64,000 nt of DNA from Eledone cirrhosa (GCA_964016885.1 OZ024741.1:278938001-279002000); one strand, 5' to 3'; counted from the first letter of the stretch, positions 26,627 to 41,179 are shown. Translations and numbers: made by a program. Notes: generated by a model not told the origin, from the letters alone.

Positions 26627-26904
26627 ATCCGCAAAATTGAGAGGACAGCTGCATCCCGCCCGCAGAAAGAGTCCCGTGAGGTGGGTTGATAGAGCGGGTG
26701 TCGCTGGCTGTTCTCTGCGGCAATACTTTTGCTGCCTTGTCTTGGGGGTACAGCAGATATTTACCACTTAGCAAGGGGCGTAGAGTCTGCCCCACCCTTA
26801 TCACTTCTCCGCTTTTCCATTATTTAATTTTTCTTCTGTCTTATTTTATTTTAAGTCTTAAAATAAATAAATTTATCAATTAATATAACAAAACATATTT
26901 TCGG

Positions 26905-27768
26905 GTGATGTGGAGGATGATGATGATGATGATGGCGATGATGGTGATGATGACGATGGCGATGATGGTAATGATGACGATGGCGATGAAGATAATTATG
27001 ATAAAGACGACGTCGAAGATGATGACGATGTTGATGATGATGATTATGATGATGATGATGATGATGATGAGAGCAATGAGAAGTATGATGGTGATGATGA
27101 TGATGATTTTGATGACGATTATTATGTCGATTATGATGACGATGATGGTGACGATATTGCTGTTGGTGGTGGTGGTGGTGGTGGTGGTGGTGGTGATGAT
27201 GATGATGATGATGATGACGTTGATGTTACAGATGGCGACGATGACGATGACGTTGAATAACGAAACAAATAAATCATAAACGAGTTGATACAGAAGTGAA
27301 AGGCGGTAGCGGAGAGCGGTAGCGGAGGAGGAAGGGGAGGAGAAAAGGGGGCGTGGTTTAAATGTGACGTCACGTTGTAGGCGGAGTCACTGTTTACACA
27401 GAGTTTAGTTTCGTTTTCCTTCCCTTTCTCACCTGCCACCGACACTGTCACTGCTGCTGCTGCTGCTGACAATGTTATTGCTGCTGCTGTTGAGGCTGTT
27501 GTTTGTTTGTCTATTGCTGCTGCTGTTGTTTGTCTGCTGCTGTTGTTGTTGCTGGTGCTGTTCCTGCTAATGTTGTTACTGCTGCTGTTGTTACTGCTGC
27601 TGTTGTTGTTGCTGCTGATGATGATGTTGCCGCTGTTGTTACTGCTGCTGTTGTTGTTGCTGCTGTTGTTGCTGCTGCTGCTGTTGCTGCTGCTGTTGTT
27701 ACTGCTGATGTTGTTGTTGCCGTTGTTGTTGCTGCTGCTGTTGTTGCTGCTGATGTTGATGTTGCCGC

Positions 27769-27800
<32 letters not shown>

Positions 27801-29010
27801 TTGTTGCTGCTGCTGCTGTTGCTGCTGCTGTTGTTACTGCTGTTGTTGTTGTTGCCGTTGTTGTTGCTGCTGCTGTTGTTGCTGCTGATGATGATGTTGC
27901 CGCTGTTGTTGCTGCTGCTGTTGTTGCTGCTGATGATGATGTTGCCGCTGTTGTTGCTGCTGCTGCTGTTGTTGCTGCTGATGATGATGTTGCCGCTGTT
28001 GTTGCTGCTGCTGTTGTTGCTGCTGATGAAGATGTTGCCGCTGTTGTTGCTGCTGCTGTTGTTGCTGCTGCTGATGTTGTTGCTGCCGCTGTTGTTGCTG
28101 CTGCTGTTGTTACTGCTACTATTGTTGCTGCTGCTGTTGTTGCTGCTGCTGTTGTTGCTGCTGATGATGATGTTGCCGCTGTTGTTACTGTTGCTGTTGT
28201 TGCTGCTGCTGCTGTTGTTATTGCTGCTGTTGTTGCTGCTGCTGATGTTGCTGCTACTGTTGTTACAGCTGCTGTTGTTGCTGCTGATATTGCTGCCGCT
28301 GTTGTTGCTGTTGCTGTTGTGACTGCTGCTGTTGTTGTTGCTACTGTTGTTACTGCTGCTGTTGTTGTTGCTACTGTTGTTACTGCTGCTGTTGTTGCTG
28401 CTGATGATGATGTTGCCGATGTTGTTGCTGCTGCTGTTGTTGCTGCTGATGTTGTTGCTGCTGCTGTTGTTGCTGCTGCTGTTGTTGCTGCTGATGATGT
28501 TGCTGCTGCTATTGTTTGTCTGTCACAGCTGTTGTATATTATTGTTACTCCCGTCTAGTGCTGCTGTTGTTGTTGTTACTGTTGTTACGATTGCTGCTGC
28601 TGCTGTTGATATTGCTGCTGTTATTGCTTCTGCAGTTTGTTTAACTGTTGTTGTTACTATTGCTGCAACTGCTGTTGTTGATATTGCTACTGCTGTTGCT
28701 GCTGTTCTTGCTACTGCTGCTGCTACTGCTGTTCTTATTGATGCTGCTGTTGTTGTTTCAGTAGCTATTCCTGTTATTGTTGTTGTAGTTGTTGTTGCTG
28801 TAGTTGTTGTTGCTGTAGTTGTTGCTGCTGTAGTTGTTGCTGCTGCTGTTTTGTTGTTCTTTTAGTTTTTTTGTGTTATTTTTATCGGTGTGGTTCTTCT
28901 TCTTCTTCTTCTTCTTCTTCTTCTTCTTCTTCTTCTTCTTCTTCTTCTTCTTCTTCTTCTTCTTCTTCTTCTTTTTCTTCTTCTTCTTCGTCGTCGTCGT
29001 CGTCGTCGTC
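26905..29010. repeat. Compound triplet microsatellites (GAT, GGT, GCT/GTT, CTT, CGT)
   Basis: Directly visible; interrupted by unique sequence at 27256-27450. Confidence 0.95.
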
Positions 29011-29143
29011 TTAATCCCGCCGAGGTTAACTTTGCTTTTCATCCTTACGGGGTCGATAAAATAAAGTACCAGTCACGCACTGGGTCGATTTAATCGACTT
29101 TCCCCTCCCCCCAAATTACTGGCCTTGTGCCGAAATAAGAAAC

Positions 29144-29202
<59 letters not shown>

Positions 29203-29204
29203 CC

Positions 29205-29540
29205 TTGTCCGAGAATTGCTGATTTGTGGGTTTATGTCGTACACCAGCTGTCATGTGTACGATGAAACCGGCTATCAGTTGAGTCCTTCGTAAAGATTGC
29301 CCCGTCACCTTCCTTTAGTCGTGAAGGGCAGGCAGTTTTTATCTGCCTGGTGGCCACGGCAAAGAAGGTTGTTTGTTTGACGCGACTGACGGTGTTGAAG
29401 ACAGACACTTCATTCTCTGGCAAATAAATCTCTTATCAACTTCTTCAAGTTTCACTTGAGATGAAAATGAGGGTAGAGAAGGAAGTGTTGCCTACAAGAC
29501 ATATTGTTGAAGGCTGGAGAGAATGAGGAGCAGAATCCAA
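29205..29540 (+). pseudogene. Tx1/L1 C-terminal fragment
   Basis: EGQAVFICLVATAKKVVCLTRL, homologous to the 9107-9200 and 8265-8350 segments. Confidence 0.7.
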
Positions 29541-30393
29541 GTGAACTAGCATGTCCTGAGTATATACCTGCAAATCGGAGCAAGACAACTGGGAGAAGAC
29601 ACCTTAGCGATCAGAGTAACCGTAGATTTTGATGGTGTTTTACGGCGGGTGGCTACTGGAAATCTCCTGCCTGTTGAAGAATTTTCTTTGTTATTGCTAC
29701 CTTTTGGGGGGGGGGGGGGGGTTTCGTTATCTCCCCTGTTTACACGCAAACCTCACACATCCATACACTCCTCTCGCATACACACGATGTTTTATACTGT
29801 GCTGTTCTTAATTATTTCTTCATATGAACCCTTTGTGGATTAGCAATATCAGTAGAGCGCCGTAAACCATATTTTGCGTCATTTAGTTATGACTTTCTAC
29901 GTCCTCAGTTCAAATCATGGCGAGGTTAGCTTTCCTTTAATTTTTATGGGGTCGATAGAATAAAGCACCAGTAATGACAGTAATGAGCTTGGGTTGATTT
30001 AATCGATTTCCACCCTTCCCTTTAAATTGCTGGCCTTATGTTTAAATCAGAAACAATTATTGTCATTAACATTACTGACTAGATGTGTTGTTGTTGTTGT
30101 TGTTGCTGTTGTTATCGTTGTGGTTGTTGTTGTTGTTGTTGTTGTTGTTGCTTTCGTTCGTATTGTGTAACTTTTTGATCTCCGTACCCTCTCACCTCGT
30201 CTGCTGTTGGTTTGTTTTGTTTTTCTTCTGTGTGTGGAAGTATGTGTGTGTGTGTGTGTGTGTGTGGATATGATGTATGTGATTGTGTGAGTGTGTGTGG
30301 CTGTGTGTGTGAGGGGGGGGGGGGGGGTTATGTGGGTGTGTGGTTGTTGGTGTGTCATTATGCGGCTGTGTCATTGTGTGAGTGCGTGTGGTT

Positions 30394-30426
<33 letters not shown>

Positions 30427-31304
30427 GGTGTGATTATGTGGGTGTGTATTATGTGTGTGTGTGGTTGTTGGTGTGTCATTATGCGGCTGTGTCATTGTTT
30501 GTGTGAGTGTGTGTGGTTGTGTGTGGGTGTGGGTGTGATTATGTGGGTGTGTATTACGTGGGTGTGTGATTATACGGCTGTGTTATTGTGTGAGTGTGTG
30601 GTTGTGTGGATGTTTGGTCGTGTGAATGTGTGGGTGAAGGGATGTATGAAATAGTGACCGCGTTAGTGCGGAGGCGTGTAAGAGTGTAAGTAACTGAAGA
30701 GGTGGGGAAGGTTGGGACATGACTATGTGGGGGGGGGGTGTAACTAAGGGGAGGGAGGGGGGTAACGGTTGAGTGGACTGTGTGTGGTGGGGGGTTGAAT
30801 GTGTTTGTGTGAGTAACTAAAGGAGTAAGGGACGGGGTGGACTGTGTGGGTGTGTGGTTGTGTGGTTAACTAAATGGGTAAGTAAGGGTCGGAGTGGGCT
30901 GTGTATGGGAATTTTGGAGTGTGTGGGTAACTAAAGGGGTGAGTGAGGGTTAGCGTGGGATGTGTGTGGGTATGAGTGTGAGAGGGAGGGGTTAACTGAA
31001 GTAGTGAGGGTCGTGGTAGACTGTGTGTGTGTGTTTGGGCATGTGTGGGGATGAGTGTGTGTGAGTGGGGGGGGGTGTATAACTGAAGGAGTGGTGGACT
31101 GTGTGTGTGTTTGGGTGTGTGGATAAAAGGGTTAGTGAGGATTAAGCTGGATGTGGGGGGGGGGATCAAAGCGTTAGTGAGGGTGGGGTGTTCTAGTCTG
31201 GAGATGTTCAGTGAAGATTGTTCCACAAGACAATAGACTAGAAAACCTGGTGTTTGTGTTCGTTAGTGGAGTGTGTGGGCGGCATTACTAGAGATTATGT
31301 TAGA

Positions 31305-32900
31305 GGAGGTGGTGGTGGTGGTGGTGATAGTGGTGGTGGTGGTGGTGGTGGTGGTGGTGGTGGTGGTGGTGGTGGTGGTGGTGGTGGTGGTGATGGTGGT
31401 GGTGGTGGTGGTGGTGTTGATAGTGGTGGTGGTGGTGGTGGTGGTGGTGGTGGTGGTGGTGTTGATAGTGGTGGTGGTGATAGTGGTGGTGGTGGTGGTG
31501 GTGGTGGTGGTGGTGGTGGTGGTGATGGTGGTGGTGGTGGTGGTGGTGTTGATAGTGGTGGTGGTGGTGGTGGTGGTGGTGATGGTGGTGGTGGTGGTGG
31601 TGGTGTTGATAGTGGTGGTGGTGATAGTGGTGGTGGTGGTGGTGGTGGTGGTGGTGGTGGTGGTGGTGGTGGTGGTGGTGTTGATAGTGGTGGTGGTGGT
31701 GGTGGTGGTGGTGGTGGTGTTGATAGTGGTGGTGGTGGTGGTGGTGGTGGTGGTGATGGTGGTGGTGGTGGCGGTGGTGGTGGTGGTGTTGATAGTGGCG
31801 GTGATAGTGGTGGTGGTGGTGGTGGTGGTGGTGGTGGTTATAGTGGTAGTGGTGGTGGTGATGGTGATGGTGGTGGTGGTGTTGATAGTGGTGGTGGTGG
31901 TGGTGGTGGTGGTGGTGGTGGTGGTGGTTATAGTGGTGGTGGTGGTGATAATGGTGGTGGTGGTGGTGGTGGTGGTTATAGTGGTGGTGGCGGTGATAGT
32001 GGTGGTGGTGGTGGTGGTGATGGTGGTTATAGTGGTGGTGGTGGTGATAATGGTGGTGGTGGTGATGGTGGTGATAGTTGTTATGGTTGTAATGGTGGTG
32101 ATAGTGGGGTGGTGGTGATGATGGTGGTGGTGATGGTGATAGTAGTGATGATGGTGATGGTGGTGATGATAGTGATGGTGGTGATGATGATGATGGTGGT
32201 GATGATGGTGCTGGGGGTGATGGTGGTCGTGGTGGTCATGGTGGTGATAGTAGTGATGATGATAATGATGGTGATGGTGATGATAGTAGTGATGATGGTG
32301 GCTGTGATAGTGGTGATGGTGGTGATGGCGGTGATGGCGGTGGTGGTGGTGATGGCGGTAGTAGTGATGGTGGTGATGGTGATGGCGGTGTGTTGATGAT
32401 GGTGGTGGTGATGGCGGTGATGGTGGTGGTGGTGGTGGGGACGGTGATGGCGGTGTTGATGGTGGTGGTGAGGATGGTGGTGGTGGAGATGATGGTGGCG
32501 GGGTGGGTGAGGATGGTGGTGGTTGAGATGGTGGTGGTGGAGATGATGGTGGCGGTGATGGTGGTGGTGGTGGTGGTGGTGGTGGTGGTGGTGGTGGTGG
32601 TGGTAACTTCTTTTCATGGTTGGAAATATTCTACTGTTGCGATGGTATGGCAGTGGTTTGGGTGGTAACGTGGCATAATACTTGGTTGTAGAAGTGGTGG
32701 CCATGATGATGTCAATGGTGATGACGACGACGACAATAATGATGACGATGATGATGATGATGACGTTGACGACGACGAGGAGGAGCACGATGGAGATGAT
32801 GATGATGATGATGATGAAGATGATGATGATGATGGTGGCGATGATGACGACGAGGTGGATGACAATGATGTTGATGATGGAAATGATGATGATGGTTATA
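31305..32900. repeat. (GGT)n/(GAT)n imperfect microsatellite
   Basis: Directly visible. Confidence 0.95.
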
Positions 32901-33029
32901 GTGAAGGTTGCTGTAGAGGGCTGCGAGTGAGAAACACATAGACTCACTACAGTACAATCTCCCCCATCCCCCACCCTCACCCCTACCTGGGAGTTCTGTG
33001 ATTATGTAAGTGGGGGTGATCTTGTATAC

Positions 33030-33075
<46 letters not shown>

Positions 33076-33077
<2 letters not shown>

Positions 33078-33276
33078 CGAAGGAAGTGTGGTAAGGAACC
33101 AGATGGACCATAACGCACCAGAGTACTCAATACCTAGGGTAGTAGAGTGGGTAATAGGAAAATGTATGACCCCGACGGCAGAGCTCAAGCCGTTTCGACA
33201 GTAATTTCTGGACTGAAATTTCAGTCCAGCAATAGCAGTTGAAACGGCTTGAGCTCTGCCGTCGGGGTCATACATA

Positions 33277-33280
<4 letters not shown>
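33076..33280. mobile_element. TA-embedded element, family B, with terminal fold-back hairpin
   Basis: AACGAAGGAAGTGTGGTAAGGAACC.. body; hairpin at 33162-33273; copies at 22598, 54494, 54763, 57378, 61589 and 62970. Confidence 0.85.
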
Positions 33281-33344
<64 letters not shown>

Positions 33345-33749
33345 TATGTATGTGTGTTCGAGCGTACTATATATTATTCTCAATGCGTGTGTCTGAGTGG
33401 GTGTATGCAGATTTAAAGTAGACACGCGATCACGAAACAAAAAAATTGTGCACGCACACATACACACACAGAAACACACCCACAGATACACACACATACA
33501 CACACATACACACACATACACACACTCACACATACACACACACATACACACACAGAAACACACCCACAGATACACACACATACACACACAGAAACACACT
33601 CACACATACACACACACAGAAACACATATGTACACATATACACTTAATTAATACGCCGAAGATAGAGAGCGCCCACGCACGCAGATAACCTTAACAATAC
33701 GCACTCTACCATGCAGGCATAAACAAGCACATACACACATATACATATA

Positions 33750-33794
<45 letters not shown>

Positions 33795-33856
33795 AAAGTA
33801 AAAAACAATAACAACAACAACAAGGAGTACAGTTTTCAGTTTTATATATATATGTG

Positions 33857-33926
<70 letters not shown>

Positions 33927-34258
33927 AAGGGGAGGCGAGAGGGAGGAGAGAATATATGTATACATACTTACATACATATGCATGGGTGTATATGTGACAC
34001 ATAGGCAAATATGGCTGACTATACACACCTGAGTTTTCATCGTGTAAAAACAATGTTTTCCATTTCTTCCTTTACTTACTCTCGTCTATCCTTCTATTTT
34101 TTCTTCCATCCCTCTTTCAATCTTCCGATGAAGGAATAACGTCCGAAACGCCGAAGCTCATTTCCCGCTACATCAAGTGTTATATTAACTAATATATATG
34201 ATCATTGTACTGCATTATTCCGTTGAGTTATTTTTCTTCGTTGACTTTTCGCATGTGT

Positions 34259-34385
<127 letters not shown>

Positions 34386-35149
34386 GTTATATCTGTATAT
34401 GTACAGAGTGGGTAACCGAGACTGCACCAATGTGTATATAAAAATACACACTTTTTAATATGTTTTCGTGCAGACAACAGAAAATACGAATTTTCCTGTA
34501 AATTGAAAAAACTAGTAAACTTGTTTAATCGATTTTCGGACCTTCCTCAGATGGTACACATATCCTCCAAACGAGCACATATTTGATGCGCTTATATACC
34601 CATTGGCACATTGTATTATTCTGAAATGGACGTACTAATTTGCATATTTGGTGTAGTTAGGGTGCTGAGCTTATGATTGTAATGTTGTGGGTTCCATATC
34701 CTGGTCTGGATAGTATGTTGTGTTCTTGCGCAAAACATTTCATTTGACGTTGCTTAGTCAACTAAGCTGAACATGAATACCAGCAGCACCTAAGTGGTGT
34801 TGACATTGCGATGGACTGGCGTCCTGTCCAGGAGATGGGGTGAGTCTTGTATTTCCAACCACTAAACGGTAGCGAAGCCTGAATAAGTTCTGGTCTGATG
34901 TGCCTCATGGTTTAAGACAAACTTCGACTTTTTATACATACATGCACATCACATATATGTATGTATGTGTCTATGTATGTATGTATGTATGTATGTATGT
35001 ATGTATGTATGTATGTATGTATGTATGTATGTATGTATGTATGTATGTATGATTGTATGTATATATTTATTTATATATGTATGAAAAGAATATTTGTGCT
35101 AGCGAGACAAAACTATGTTTATTCAAATAAATATAAATTAATAGACATA

Positions 35150-35184
<35 letters not shown>

Positions 35185-35999
35185 CACTATTGTGCTCTAA
35201 TAATTGATTGATCGATTCCTTCATCGATATTGTCACCGCACGCCAACTAGATAGACAGGATTAGTTTTGTATACTTTATAAATAGCTACAAGCTTATAAT
35301 ATGTCTGTCCATAGAATAAAGATAGTCCTGCACTGATGAAGATCTAATATTACTAGAAACTAGCCAGATAGATGTCTTGTGTTGTCTTGAGAGTTATAAA
35401 ACCTGTGGTGTTGTGTAGAACTTTTCACATCAACCTTTATGTCTTTTATTAAAAGGCTATACATTGCACACACATACTTCTTTCTTATTCGCCCATTTAT
35501 TCCATTGAGGGTCGTGGGAGCAAAGTCCTCAAACACTTCTTCGAGTGGGTTCTGTCAGAAGTGACCATCACCAACTGATCCGGCTGGATCCCCAAGCATG
35601 ACCAACCAAGCTCATGGATGTTATCAAACCATCTTGCTCGGGGTCTAACCCCTGGGCCTCCTACCTGTTGGCTTTGCCCGTAAAATCAGTCCAGCGATTC
35701 TTTCCTGAGACATTCTAACCACATGCCCATAGTATCAGAGCTATGATCTCTCAATTCGGAGAAGTAGCACACATATACATATATATATATATATATATAG
35801 TTTTTTTGTGTGTGTAACGTTTGAAATCAACTAGTCTAATGAGGTATTGATTACAGAGTCGGGCCTTATCGTATCTGATCGTATCTTGAACTGATCCATT
35901 GCTTAGCGTGCCTCACGAATGAATAAAATATGTATATGTTGCTAAATTGATATTTCGTTCCTGTGTGCGTGCGCGTGTGTTCAGTTAATCCGGTCTAGA

Positions 36000-36320
36000 C
36001 CATTTTCTCAAAACATTCGCGCTCAATGTGAAGACCAGCGTAGGTAGAAAATTCCTAGCCCTCCTAGATGTTCACTTCCCTGTAGGCCATAAATACTGAC
36101 GAATATTTAACCGCCATACAATTAAAATAGGCTACTCTTGTACAAGTAACATAAAATCCCAACATCACCAACAAATGCAAAAGCCTTCCATCTTACGGAT
36201 GCTCATGCAGAAGGCCAGAGGCATGCCACCTGGGTCAACAGTGGAACATCCAGGCGGTGATGTATGAAGTAGAAGTGACTTCCACCAACCAAAACCCTCT
36301 CAGTGAGAAGTGTATATATT
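36000..36320 (+). pseudogene. Second PLE fragment (RT thumb/linker to start of GIY-YIG)
   Basis: FALNVKTSVGRKFLALLDVHFPVGHKY*RIFNRHTIKIGYSCT. Confidence 0.75.
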
Positions 36321-37260
36321 CTTTCAGCCTCTCAAAATAGTCCATCGACTTCGTTTAGGCAATCTTCTTGGAGTAGCTTCGCTGGATTGCTTCAAGTTCA
36401 GTGGTTTGTTTGACAATAGTCGAGTTAGCTGAGGACAAATGTGCTCTGGATGACCAACATGGTTTCTCGGTCTCTTGTCCTGAGAGTCCTCAGAATCTAA
36501 TCAGCTAGTTGTCTGTACATTGCTGTCATATTGGTGATGTGTGCATGAAACGATGTCAATGCCCAGGTCCCGTATTGCTTTCAACTCAGAGATTTCGATC
36601 CTTCTTGGTCCAGTGCAGTTTTGTTGTAGTGGCCTTGTATTTGCGGGTTGATAGCGGAGGGCTTGAAAATTTCCGGCATTAAAATGCATATTGTTGATCT
36701 CAACCCATTTGTTTATGGCATCCAATTTTTGTTGTAAGAGAGAGAGGCATCAGTCGGGTTCTTGATTGCCTGTGATACTTTCGTGTCATCAGCATAGCTT
36801 GAGAGGGAAGCTGTCTATAATATGGAGGACATGTCTGAGAGAGCCACCACAAACAGTAGTGGTTTCAAGACGGTTCCCTGGGGCACACCATTTGTTATTG
36901 ATGTTTCTTTTGTGAGGGCCCCGTTTCCTGAAACAATCTGACTTCTATCTTTTAAGAAGTCATGAAGCTATCCACCTAATTTTTCAACTACACCGAAACT
37001 GCATAGTTGGTGACATATCATTCCATGATCAACCTTCTTGAAGGCTTTCGCAAAATCGGGAAGTATGACACCTGTGTTTGAACAGCCTAGAAGCTGTTTC
37101 AGTACCGTCATAATGCTGTAAAAACGGTGCAAGGAAGCTATGTTGGGTGTCCGTTAGTAGGCCATTTTCCTCTAGGAACATGTTCAGTTTCCTTCTGACG
37201 ATTCGTTCCATGACTTCGCTGATGTATGACGTCTGTGAGACAGATCTGTAGTTTTAGTGT
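36320..37260 (-). mobile_element. CR1/Jockey-group LINE RT fragment, decayed
   Basis: MERIVRRKL..LTDTQHSF, GVPQGTVLKPLLFVVALSDM, SYADDTK, KWVEINNMHFNAG. Confidence 0.88.
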
Positions 37261-37567
37261 ACCACTCTAGTGTCAAAAAGCTCATCTGGCTTATTTCTTT
37301 GTATGTGCTTCATTGTGGATGAGCGCCACGTTATTTATGAAACAAAGATCCAGGACATTCTCTCCTCTTGTTGGATGTAATACCATTTGCTCCATGAACA
37401 GTCTGTTTGTAAGGTCCAGAAGGGATTCTGTCTGTTTCTGTTTATGTGCTGTCATTCATGTTGAAACTTTGATTTAGTTTAGTTAATACTTCTTCCATCT
37501 TGCCAAGGTTATCATTGAACTTGTCGTCATGACTAGGGGCATCAGGTGACCAATGTGTATCACATAT

Positions 37568-37643
<76 letters not shown>

Positions 37644-37849
37644 GAGAGAGAGAGAGAGGGAGAGAGAGACAGATAGATAGGTGATAAGTGTATATAGGCA
37701 TGTATCTTTATCGATGGTAGATACATGTATGCTAGAATCATACATACTCATCCATGCGATTATATATTGCAGGATGTAAATATCATTATATTGATACGCC
37801 GAGAAGCATAAACGGAACGAGTGGAATAAGTATACACACACACACACAC

Positions 37850-37951
<102 letters not shown>

Positions 37952-38431
37952 CTTGTGTGTGTATGTGTGTGTGATGCACGAGTATGCACGCAGGTGCGCG
38001 CGCGCACACACACACACTCACACATATATGTGTGTGCACGCGTGTGCATACACGTACATCATACACGTACATCATACAGGTGCATCACACACATCACAAA
38101 CACACACACACACACACAAGATATTGTGTAGGTGGTAAATATTATTTCAGCAACTGTCAATGCATTGACATTTTAGATGAGAGGGAGGGAAGAGAGAGGG
38201 AGGGGGAGGGAGAGAGAAGGGAAGAGAGGGGGGGAGGGTAAGAGAGGGGGGAGAGAGAAAGAAAGAGAACGAGATTGAGAAGAAAGAGAGAGAGAGGGGA
38301 GACAGAGAGTGAAAGAGGGAGAGAAAGAGAGAGAGGGGAGACAGAGAGTGAAATAGGGAGAGAAAGAGAGAGAGAGGGGAGAGAGAGAGAGAGACAGAAA
38401 GAAAGAAAGGAAAAAGAGAGAGGGAGAGAGA

Positions 38432-38470
<39 letters not shown>

Positions 38471-40189
38471 GAGAGAGGAGAGAGAGTGAGAGTGAGAGAG
38501 AGAGAGAGAGAAAGAGAGAGACCATTATAGTTGTGTAGTTTACGGAAGAGTTCGTTGAATAGTTCCACAAGACAAATGACCGTGAGGCGCGTGAGTGTGT
38601 ATGTACGTGTGTGTATGTATGTGTGTGTATGTATGTGTGGACGCGCACGCACGCACGTGTGTATGTATATGTGTGTATGCACATGAGTGTATGCATGTGT
38701 GTGTGTATGTGTATATGAATGTGCGCGCTCTTGCGTATCTATCTATGAGTGCGTGTGCGTATGTGTGTATCTATGTATGTGTGTGCGCGCGCACGTGTGT
38801 ATGTATGCGTGTGCGCGCACGTGTGCATGCATTTGTGTGTGTGTGTGTGTGTGAGCACTGTGTATATGTGTGTGTGTGTGTATGCTCGCACGTGTGTATG
38901 TGTATGTGTGTGCGCTGATTTGGTGGGGCGAAGTGGAGTGTTATTCTTATTGGGGACATGGCTGAATCGTTAAGATGTTCAAGTCCCAGGTTCAATCACC
39001 TTGCTCAGCAACTGAAGACTTTTCCCCCACAGTCTCTTGACATTTACCTCTCTTGTCAATCCTAGCTTTATGAATCACATTAGGTAGAGACCCACGAGTG
39101 GACCTCGAGCAAAATAATTGGATAACATCGGTCTCGCTTGACGATCCAGCCCGATCAGTTGGAAACGGTTGCTTCTGATATGACCCGCTAGATGGAGTAT
39201 TTGAGGACTACTCTGCCCCCACGAGCCTCTCAGGAATACGTGGGCGAAGAAGAAGAAGAAGAAGAAGAAGAAGAAGAAGAAGAAGAAGAAGACATTGATT
39301 GTACCTGTAATTATAAAGGCCACCATTATCAACACTATAATCAACCTTACCTGTAATTCAATAGGTCAAGGTGGTGAGGTGGCACAATCATTAAAACGTT
39401 GAACAAAATACTTTGCAGCATTTGTTTCGATACTTTCCATTCTGAGTTCAAATACTGCCCAGGACAACTTTGTCTTTCATTCTTCTAGGATCGATAAAAT
39501 ATAATACCAATCAAGTACTTAGGTCAATTTATGCGAATTCCCGCCCCAAAATTGCTGGCCTTGTGCCTAAATTAGAAACCTTTATAATAAATATGTCCAG
39601 TCGATCATACAATTGGAATTAGTGGTTGTCAAAACCGTTGCTCCATCCATTTATATATACAATATACAAATGGAACCCGTTTCTTCTACAACAACTACAA
39701 CGGTACACGATGGGGCCCGCCCACAGCCCCGGCTGACAGAATGGAGAGGGAAGTAGAAGTGTACTGATTAAAGCCAAGAATATTTAAGTATATTTGCATT
39801 GCTTGTTTTGGAATAAGTGATTTAAGTCTAGAACACACCGAAACGCTGCCACGTTAATAAATATGTCATTGTAGCCTAGGACACTCTTTCGTTAATGCTA
39901 AATTAATCATTCTGGGTATTCCGGGCATTCTAAGAATATAATATTCATTTTTGGAAAATTGAAGTACTTACTGCCTTCAAGTACTATTAACTAATCATAT
40001 CGATTCAGATATTTATTTCAATCTGGTGCTTATATAATCGATCTATATTTATCGAATGGCAAAGTTACCCCGTTTGATACTACACCGGCTATCATTTGTT
40101 GATATATATAATCATCGCATAATTATTTTTGCCTTTCCTATATATATTAACTGTTATTTTAGTCAAACCATATTGTTATGTGAATCTCT

Positions 40190-40560
40190 CTTGTGACGCT
40201 AAACTCCGCCAGTTGCAGACTGCGCATTAACATGTGATATCTCTCTCCACAAAGTTCGATCACCAGCAGCAGAGTTCAAAGAGCAATGATCAAGTCCAGT
40301 CCATAAATTGACATTATCAAGCCATCGTTTTGGCTGCCGGCCTCTGCTTCTCTTACTAGCCAGCCTTCCTTCCAGGCATAACCTACTCATCTTTTTATAT
40401 AGCTGTATAGTTTGAGTACTCTTGACTTGACAATTGATGTAATTGGTCTAAGTTTGGTAATGTTGAGCAGCTCACTGATACAGATACGGTCGCTGAGCCG
40501 CTTGCCAGTCATAAGTCTCATGATGTGGTACTGGAATGTAGAGAGCTTCTGAAGTGACCT
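40190..40560 (-). pseudogene. RTE-group LINE C-terminal fragment
   Basis: IVKSRVLKLYSYIKR..CLEGRLASKRSRGRQPKRWLDNV. Confidence 0.75.
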
Positions 40561-41141
40561 TATCGTCCGTAGGATATAAGTTATGTGAATATATAGGAGT
40601 AAATCGATCAACAAGATCCCAGACTTTACTGAGTGAGATGGAACTCGCTAAGTCGAATCAAGGAAACCACGTTTCCATTGGTCTTTCCATTGCTGATACT
40701 ATCTACCGGTCACAACTCCTGGCAGAAAGAGCAACGAGAAATAAAGTGTCTTACTCAAGGTCATAACACATGGCCCGGTCCGGGAATCGAACACGCAACC
40801 TCACAATTACGATCCAATTCTGTAACCACACAGCCACGCGCCACGGTAACATATAAGTATATATATAAGATCGGAAGATGTCTGTGGCTTTCAGCGAATT
40901 GGTTTATAAACAATGTCTACTCATATTGGATTGTCTAAAAATGTTATTAAATTTGATCAATTCAGGCTATTAAAGTTCTCGCGCTTGCTTAATTTTCACC
41001 AGCTGAGCACTTCCCAAAGGAAATTTCGGCCATGAAATTGCAAGGATAAACTCCGTTGCACGAAATCTTTCCACTCACTATTTAGAATACGAGACCATAC
41101 TTGTATATATATATATATAAATGATATCTCATTTTTGAAAC

Positions 41142-41179
<38 letters not shown>

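Noticed and set aside
27503-28865. Ala/Val-rich, poly-Leu or antisense poly-Gln protein
   Set aside because: GCT/GTT microsatellite with no unique coding flanks.
31254-32396. Glycine-rich structural protein
   Set aside because: Almost only GGT codons, open in several frames, with no signal peptide or splice evidence; this is a microsatellite.
35328-35368. Hammerhead candidate CTGATGAAGATC..GAAACTAGCC
   Set aside because: Stem II pairing is poor and there is no UH triplet; at best a decayed copy.
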